Assembly: GCA_963804995.1 (NCBI GenBank)
Contig: CAWDSK010000002.1
Span: forward strand, 192,001-256,000
Length of the DNA: 64,000 nt
Source of the DNA: an uncultured Acidobacteriota bacterium
Lineage (GTDB): Bacteria > Acidobacteriota > Terriglobia > UBA7540
Reading direction: 5' to 3'
How positions within the stretch are numbered: the stretch's first letter is position 1; the number at the start of each line of letters is the position of its first letter. Made by a program: the position numbers and the translations under genes. The notes beneath the pieces are model-generated. The model made no database searches. It had not been told where the DNA came from and saw only the letters and a list, made by a program, of their open reading frames with translations. This document shows positions 57,843-64,000 of this stretch, one piece after another.

Positions 57843-59807
57843 ATGAAGAAGTTCGGGCGATACGACGTCATTGACGAGCTGGGCCGCGGTGCGATGGGCA
57901 TCGTTTATAAAGCCGCGGATCCCACCATCGGCCGTCAGGTGGCTTTGAAGGTGCTCGCCCTTGAGTCGACGCACGACGAAGGAACCCACAGCCCACAGGC
58001 TATGTTCATGCGCGAGGTCCGCGCCGCCGGCCGGCTGGCGCACCCCTCCATTGTCACTATCCACGATGCCTTTGAGGACCAGGAGACCAAGACCAGTTGC
58101 ATCGTAATGGAATTGGTGCCGGGGAAGACCTTGGAAAGTATTCTCCTTTCCGGTCAGATCTTGACCCTGGACCAAACCCTCAAGATCATCCGCCAGGTTG
58201 CGGAGGGCCTGGAATACGCACATCAGAATCAGGTGGTGCACCGCGACTTGAAGCCCGCGAATATCCTGGTCACCGACGACGGACGGATCAAGATCACGGA
58301 CTTCGGCATCGCCAAAGTGCTGGCGCGCGAAGGGGTGGCGCGGACCATTGGGGTGATGGGGACACCGTCTTACATGTCGCCTGAGCAAGTGAAGGGCGGC
58401 GAAATCGACGCGCGCACCGACTTGTTCTCACTGGGCATTATCATATTTCTCATGCTAACGGGACAGAAGCCGTTCATGGGTGACACAGCCTCGGTAATGT
58501 TTAAGATTGTTTACGAAGATCCCGCCCTACCCAGCGGTATCAATTCCCAGCTTACACCCCCCTACGATTACGTGGTCCTGAAGTGCCTGGCGAAGGATCG
58601 CAACAAGCGTTACGCTTCGGCGCGCGAATTGTTGAATGACCTGGATGACCTTCAGCAGGGACGCCGGCCACGCTCGCAGGCGGTCACTGCCACGGTGGCT
58701 GTTCCCGCCCCCAAGGCTCCAGTTGCGCCGCCGGCAGCCAATCAAACTCTTGTGATGACTGTGCCGCTTATTAAGGAATCGGCGCCGAAGAAACAAGCGG
58801 AGCAAGCAGCAAAACCGGCGGCGCCACCGGCAGCACCACCACGCCAAGCCCCGCCCCCGGCACCCGATGCCGTGCAGCCAACTGTTGCTGTGCGGCCCCC
58901 CGTGCCGGTCGCGCCGCCGAAGAAGCCACCCGCACAACCGGCAGCCCCGGCGCGCCAAGCTCCACCCCCTCCACCCGTTAGCGTGCAGCCCACCGTTGCC
59001 GTGAAGCCACCTGTGCCGGTCGCGCCGCCGCAGGTCGCACCAGTCGAGCCGGTCGTGCCGGTGGAGGAAGAAGCTCCTGTTGCCCCCAGGGCAAAATCCA
59101 ATGCGCTTCCCATCGCTTCAGGCGCAGTCTTGCTGATTCTGCTGGGCGCCGCGGCCTTCGGTTATTGGAAGTATCACCAGGTCACGGCCACTCCGGTTCC
59201 GCCACCTCAGGCCGTCGTGCTCCCCCCGCCTTCGCCTCCGGCGGATTTGGTGCCGACGGAGCCGGTGAGCCCTCCTCCGGAACCTGAGAAGAAACCTGTA
59301 GTGCGCAAGCCGAAACCCGTGGTTGTCTCCAAGCCGGTAACGCCCGAACCCGCGCCTGCTCCACCGCAACCGGCCATCGCCGTGCTGCCACCTCCCAATC
59401 CAGGAACTCCGCCGCCCGGCGCAGATATTCTTGCCAAACCCGCGGTCCCCAAGGTTTCAAATGTTCCCCGCATCGTCCAGATTCACTGTGACTACGATCT
59501 GAAGGATGCTACCTATAGCATTGTGGGGGGCGGTCAGACACTTTTCCAAAGCTCCTTCAAAGGGAAGAAGAAGGGCGGCTTTCTTGGAATTAAAGGCGCT
59601 TATGAAGGGACTTTCTCACGCACGGTCACGGTGCCCGCCGGTGTGACGGAAGTTTCTTTCCACGTGTTGGGCAAAGATGGGGCGATTGACTTGACCAAGT
59701 CAATCCCCATGCCGCCGCCCGGGGGCTTTGTTCCCACGCTCCAAGTGGAAGTTGGCGACGATCAGGTCCAGCTGAGCTGGCAGGGTTCCTCCAATCCAAA
59801 TCCATAA
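57843..59807 (+). CDS. Hanks-type Ser/Thr kinase with Pro-rich linker, TM and extracellular domain
   Basis: LGRGAMG, HRDLKPAN, DFG, GTPSYMSPEQ. Confidence 0.92.
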   Translation: MKKFGRYDVIDELGRGAMGIVYKAADPTIGRQVALKVLALESTHDEGTHSPQAMFMREVRAAGRLAHPSIVTIHDAFEDQETKTSCIVMELVPGKTLESILLSGQILTLDQTLKIIRQVAEGLEYAHQNQVVHRDLKPANILVTDDGRIKITDFGIAKVLAREGVARTIGVMGTPSYMSPEQVKGGEIDARTDLFSLGIIIFLMLTGQKPFMGDTASVMFKIVYEDPALPSGINSQLTPPYDYVVLKCLAKDRNKRYASARELLNDLDDLQQGRRPRSQAVTATVAVPAPKAPVAPPAANQTLVMTVPLIKESAPKKQAEQAAKPAAPPAAPPRQAPPPAPDAVQPTVAVRPPVPVAPPKKPPAQPAAPARQAPPPPPVSVQPTVAVKPPVPVAPPQVAPVEPVVPVEEEAPVAPRAKSNALPIASGAVLLILLGAAAFGYWKYHQVTATPVPPPQAVVLPPPSPPADLVPTEPVSPPPEPEKKPVVRKPKPVVVSKPVTPEPAPAPPQPAIAVLPPPNPGTPPPGADILAKPAVPKVSNVPRIVQIHCDYDLKDATYSIVGGGQTLFQSSFKGKKKGGFLGIKGAYEGTFSRTVTVPAGVTEVSFHVLGKDGAIDLTKSIPMPPPGGFVPTLQVEVGDDQVQLSWQGSSNPNP

Positions 59808-59993
59808 GGTACCCCCCCGAAACAGGTTATCCCCGGCAGCATCGTTCTGCCCGGAGTTTCTTCTGGATTGGCCCATGCCTTTCCGCGCCCACTCTGCCAC
59901 CGAATCTTGAAAGGGGTCGACGGACAATGAGGGCGCGTGCTACCATCATATGGAGTTTGCTCAACGCAGTCGAAAGGTGCGCGCGAACCATAT

Positions 59994-60097
59994 CAGACTT
60001 CGGGCTCTGTGCGACGGATGTTCGCGAACCCCGCCAGGTCCGGAAGGAAGCAACGGTAACGAGCCTCTCCGTGTGCCGCAGATCAACCCGAAGTCTG
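59994..60097 (+). ncRNA. ffs: Signal recognition particle RNA (4.5S)
   Basis: CAGGTCCGGAAGGAAGCAAC core; terminal stem CAGACTTCGGG/CCCGAAGTCTG; upstream of dnaX. Confidence 0.9.
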
Positions 60098-60235
60098 GCC
60101 CAATTTCGAAATTCGAAACTCGAAGTTCGAAAATCGCAGTGTTCCGCCGCCGAAGGCGAGTTTCAAGTTTCGATTTTCGAGTTTCGCTCTTAAGTAAGCT
60201 CATCGTACATCATTCCGCGTCCACAATTACTTCCC

Positions 60236-61943
60236 ATGTCCTACCAGGTTATTGCCCGCAAATATCGCCCCCAGACATTTGACGACGTGGTGGGCCAGCA
60301 CCTTGTCACCGACACGCTAAAGAACGCCATCCAAACCGATCGGGTCGCGCACGGATACATCTTTTCGGGAGCGCGGGGTGTGGGGAAGACCACGACGGCG
60401 CGCATCCTCGCCAAGGCGCTCAACTGCTCGAACGGGGCCGACGATTACGCCGGACGGTACGTGCGCCTCATGCACTGAAATCGCGGCGGGAAACTCCGTG
60501 GACGTGCAGGAAATCGACGCCGCCTCGAACCGCGGCATCGACGAAATCCGCGAGCTACGCGAGGCGGTGCGCTACCTGCCCGCGCGCGACCGCTACAAGA
60601 TCTTCATCATCGATGAAGCGCACATGCTGACTACAGAGGCCTTCAACGCGCTCCTCAAGACCCTGGAAGAACCCCCCCCGCGATCGCTCTTCATCCTGGC
60701 CACGACCGAGCCGCACAAGCTGCCCTCCACAATTCAGTCTCGCTGCCAGCACTTTGCCTTTCGCCTGTTGGATTATGGCGAAATCTTCGATCGGCTTCGC
60801 GGGGTGACGGCGGAAGAAAACATCTCCGCTGACGAAGGCGCCATCTCAACACTGGCCCAGGCCGCCGAGGGTAGCATGCGCGATGCGCTGTCACTGCTCG
60901 ATCAGGTGATCGCCGCCTGCGGTGAGCATCTGGATGAGAAGCGTGTGCGCCAGGTTCTGGGCGTGGTGCCCACGGAATTGCTGGCGAGTATCGTCAAAGC
61001 CATCCATGCGGCGGAGGCGCGCCAGGTGCTTGAACGCGTCGGGCAACTGACTTCCGAAGGTTTCGAGCTCGCACATTTCTGCGGGGAGCTTACCCGCTTC
61101 GTGCGCGACATCATGGTGGCGCGAACTTGCGGCGCTGACAGTCCACTCTTGCAGGTTACCAGCGACCAACGGCGGCAGCTTGGCGAACTGGCTGGACTTT
61201 TCATCGAAGAGGACCTTTCACGGTTCTTCAACATTCTACTGCGTACCGAAAGCGAGATGCGCTATTCGCTGGTGCCGCGCTTCCACCTGGAATTGGCCCT
61301 GATGAAGCTGGTGCACGCCCGGCGGTTGACGTCGATTGAATCGTTGCTGAGCGGCCTGGGTGGCGCTGGCGTGGCGGCGAAAACATCCGGTCCCCCGCGC
61401 CCCGCGCCGGCGGCGCCTGTGCGCTCGGCTCCCGAACCACCGCGCAAGGTTCACACCGAAAGCGTTGAGAGGCCACCCGTGAGTGTGCCCTCTCCTGCCC
61501 CTCCCCGCGAAGCGCGCCCGGCCGTCGCACCTGTGGAAGATGTTCACCCGGCCGCACCGCCCAGTCACCCCGGCGAAGACTCGCGCCTGGCGGCCATCAA
61601 GACCAGGGTCTATAGCCAATCGAATTTCCTGGGCAGTTGCCTTGAACATCTGTCAGGCTGGCGCCACCGGGATGGCGAAGTCGAGTTCCGCTTTGCCCAA
61701 AAGGATTCTTTTTTCGCGGATTTGCTGAAGAGCCGGGAGCAGCAAGAGATGCTGCGGACGGTCTGTACCGAGGTGCTGGGCCAACCTGTAAAGATTTGTG
61801 TTAGACTTGAAGGCCTGGGAGTTGTGGCAAAGACGGATCGGCCTAGCGCGCGTGAACGCGCCGAGCGGGATCAGGGAGTGGAAGCTTTTCGCAGGAAGTT
61901 TGACGGCACGGTGTTAGACGCGAAAGACCTGAGCCGGGAGTGA
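60236..61943 (+). CDS. dnaX: DNA polymerase III subunit gamma/tau, frameshifted near 60430
   Basis: [44 protein letters not shown]. Confidence 0.92.
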
Positions 61944-61946
61944 GTG

Positions 61947-62258
61947 ATGAAAAACTTGCAGCAGATGCAACAAATCCTGAAGCAAGTCCAGCAATTCCAG
62001 GAGCAATTACAGAAACAACTGGATGAGCTGATTGTGGAAGCCGCCGCGGGGGGAGGCATGGTCTCCGTTAAGATGAATGGCCAAAAGCAACTCCACGAAG
62101 TGCGGATTGATCCGGAGGTCTGGGCTTCGCAGGATCTGGAGATGTTGCAGGATTTGATCCTGGTGGCGGTCAACGAAGCCGCGCGAAAAGTGGACGAGCA
62201 ACTGGCCAGCCAGATGGGCAACTTGGCCGGCGGCATGAATATTCCCGGCCTCACCTGA
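61947..62258 (+). CDS. ybaB: YbaB/EbfC nucleoid-associated protein
   Basis: AGGGMVSVKMNG, DLEMLQDLILVAVNEA; between dnaX and recR. Confidence 0.92.
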   Translation: MKNLQQMQQILKQVQQFQEQLQKQLDELIVEAAAGGGMVSVKMNGQKQLHEVRIDPEVWASQDLEMLQDLILVAVNEAARKVDEQLASQMGNLAGGMNIPGLT

Positions 62259-62308
62259 GAAGAGACGAATTTTGAGTTTCTATCTTCGTTTCTCCGGTTA
62301 CCGACCCC

Positions 62309-62908
62309 ATGAAAGACTACGCCGAGCCGCTGGCTCGCTTGATTGATGAGCTGAAACGTCTGCCTGGCATCGGGCAGAAATCCGCACAACGCATCGCCTT
62401 CCACCTGGAACGCGTGTCTCGGGAAGACGCTGAGCGCCTGGCCGTGGCCATCCTCAACGCCAAGGACAAGATACGTTTGTGCAGTGTGTGCAATAACCTG
62501 ACGGAGCTCGATCCGTGCGAGTACTGCACGGATACCCGCCGGGATGGGGAAGTGATCTGCGTGGTCGAGACGCCCTACAACATCATCGGTGTGGAGAAGA
62601 CGCGCGAATTCCGCGGGCTGTATCACGTGTTGCATGGATCCCTTTCGCCGCTGCAAGGCATAGGGCCGGATCAACTGAAGCTGAAGAATCTTCTGGAGCG
62701 GTTAAGGAGCGGCAAGGTGAAGGAGCTGATCATCGCCACCAGCCCCACCGTCGAGGGCGAGGCCACGGCTGTCTACCTTTCCAAGCTCATCAAGCCGCTG
62801 GGTGTGAAGGTGAGCCGCATCGCCATGGGAATTCCCGTGGGCTCGGAGTTGGAATATGCGGACGAAGTTACCATGATGAAAGCGATGGAAGGCCGCCGGG
62901 AGATGTAG
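62309..62908 (+). CDS. recR: Recombination protein RecR
   Basis: [12 protein letters not shown]4 zinc finger, [14 protein letters not shown]. Confidence 0.95.
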   Translation: MKDYAEPLARLIDELKRLPGIGQKSAQRIAFHLERVSREDAERLAVAILNAKDKIRLCSVCNNLTELDPCEYCTDTRRDGEVICVVETPYNIIGVEKTREFRGLYHVLHGSLSPLQGIGPDQLKLKNLLERLRSGKVKELIIATSPTVEGEATAVYLSKLIKPLGVKVSRIAMGIPVGSELEYADEVTMMKAMEGRREM

Positions 62909-63087
62909 CCCTGCCCGTTTCTATTTCCATTAACGAATCCAGTTGAGATCCTGCGCCGCGCCGCGTATTTCCGCATCACCCTAATACAACCCCGTTCCTG
63001 TATCTTCGGCGGTTCGCTATAATCTAATACTCTGGCCCTCCTGATTCTTGGGGAGAAGATCAAGGAGTTAGTATTCTTAAGTTACGG

Positions 63088-64000
63088 ATGCTCGATCGCC
63101 TCCGCCCGCTGTGGCCGTATCTTGCCCGTTACCGAGGGCGCTACGTCTCGGGGTTTGTGTGCCTGCTCATTTCACAGTCCGTTGGCGTTTTTGTTCCCCT
63201 GGTTATCAAAACTGGCATTGACGATCTGAGTCAGCATGCGGCGCTGCGGCGGCTCCTGGTCGTCGTCGCCTTACTCTTCACCTTAGCTCTGGTCAAGGCG
63301 GTGTTCCAGTTCTGGATGCGCTGGATTCTGATTGGCATCTCCCGCGACGCCGAATACGACCTGCGCAATGATTTGTTCCGGCACCTGATGCGGCTTTCGG
63401 CGCGCTATTACACCGAGCACCGCACCGGCGATTTGATGTCCAAACTGACCAATGACCTGAACGCCGTGCGCAATATGATCGGTCCGGGCATCATGTATTC
63501 CGCGAATACGGTGGTGGTGGGCGTCGCCACCATCGCCTTGATGATTCATCTCGACTGGCGGCTGACGCTGATGGCGCTCGCGCCGTTGCCTTTTGTATCG
63601 GTGGGCGTCAAGTTTTTCGGAGAGCGCATTCACGAGCGCTTCGAGAAAATCCAGGCGCTTTATTCTGAACTCACGGAGCGGGTCCGCGAAAATATTGCGG
63701 GCGTGCGAGTGGTCCGCGCTTTCTGTCAGGAAGACGCGGAAATGGCCAAGTTCGACGTGATGAACCTTGACTTCGTCGAGAAGAACAAGGGGCTGATCTG
63801 GATTACCAGCTTCCTGTGGCCCGCCATGGCATTGATGTTTGCCGTGGCGCTCATGCTGGTGTTGGTGGTGGGCGGGCGGCACGTGCTCCAGGGGCTCATC
63901 AGCGTCGGCACTTTTGCGGCGTTCAATGTTTATCTGACCTATTTGATTTGGCCCATCATCGCGCTGGGCTGGGTGACGAATCTTGTGCAGCGCGGACTGG
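63088..64000 (+). CDS. ABC transporter permease/ATP-binding protein (MsbA-like), runs off the window end
   Basis: Manual translation from ATG 63088: SRDAEYDLRNDLF, TGDLMSKLTNDLNAVR, ENIAGVRVVRAF. Confidence 0.85.
   Translation, partial: MLDRLRPLWPYLARYRGRYVSGFVCLLISQSVGVFVPLVIKTGIDDLSQHAALRRLLVVVALLFTLALVKAVFQFWMRWILIGISRDAEYDLRNDLFRHLMRLSARYYTEHRTGDLMSKLTNDLNAVRNMIGPGIMYSANTVVVGVATIALMIHLDWRLTLMALAPLPFVSVGVKFFGERIHERFEKIQALYSELTERVRENIAGVRVVRAFCQEDAEMAKFDVMNLDFVEKNKGLIWITSFLWPAMALMFAVALMLVLVVGGRHVLQGLISVGTFAAFNVYLTYLIWPIIALGWVTNLVQRGL

Noticed and set aside
58840..59030. Internal repeat in the kinase (RQAPPP..VQPTVAV.PPVPVAPP twice)
   Set aside because: Ordinary Pro-rich linker duplication.
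60236..60478. Programmed dnaX gamma/tau frameshift
   Set aside because: The break lies near codon 65 inside the ATPase domain with no slippery A-run, and it matches the CTCGAG error pattern.

Overview
GC-rich bacterial chromosomal window. An Acidobacteriota/Terriglobia-like origin is inferred from gene content and intergenic repeat style and is not verified. 1-30 kb: mostly sugar/amino-sugar catabolism and envelope genes (epimerase-SDR-Zn-ADH-HPS-like operon, ROK/PIG-L pair, wHTH-uppS-DUF4173, glpK, TetR with an FAD oxidoreductase, and a nagA-UroD-like-GH-MFS-DegT-Gfo-ceramidase-like cluster). 31-39 kb: an accessory island with about six toxin-antitoxin-type loci (some with truncated partners), a Schlafen/AlbA_2 gene, a PD-(D/E)XK gene and decayed attC-like sites; TA modules alternate with three ~150-170 bp REP-containing direct repeats. 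39-64 kb: an unannotated double-glycine-leader peptide (40866-40994), an IS4/IS701-like IS that duplicated a 21-bp REP hairpin, a GH36, a System I*-type ccm cluster interrupted by a complete group II intron inserted precisely in a REP, a Ser/Thr kinase, SRP RNA, dnaX-ybaB-recR and an ABC transporter. Six genes carry single frameshifts that are all repaired by restoring a CTCGAG site, which suggests methylation-driven long-read errors rather than true pseudogenes.
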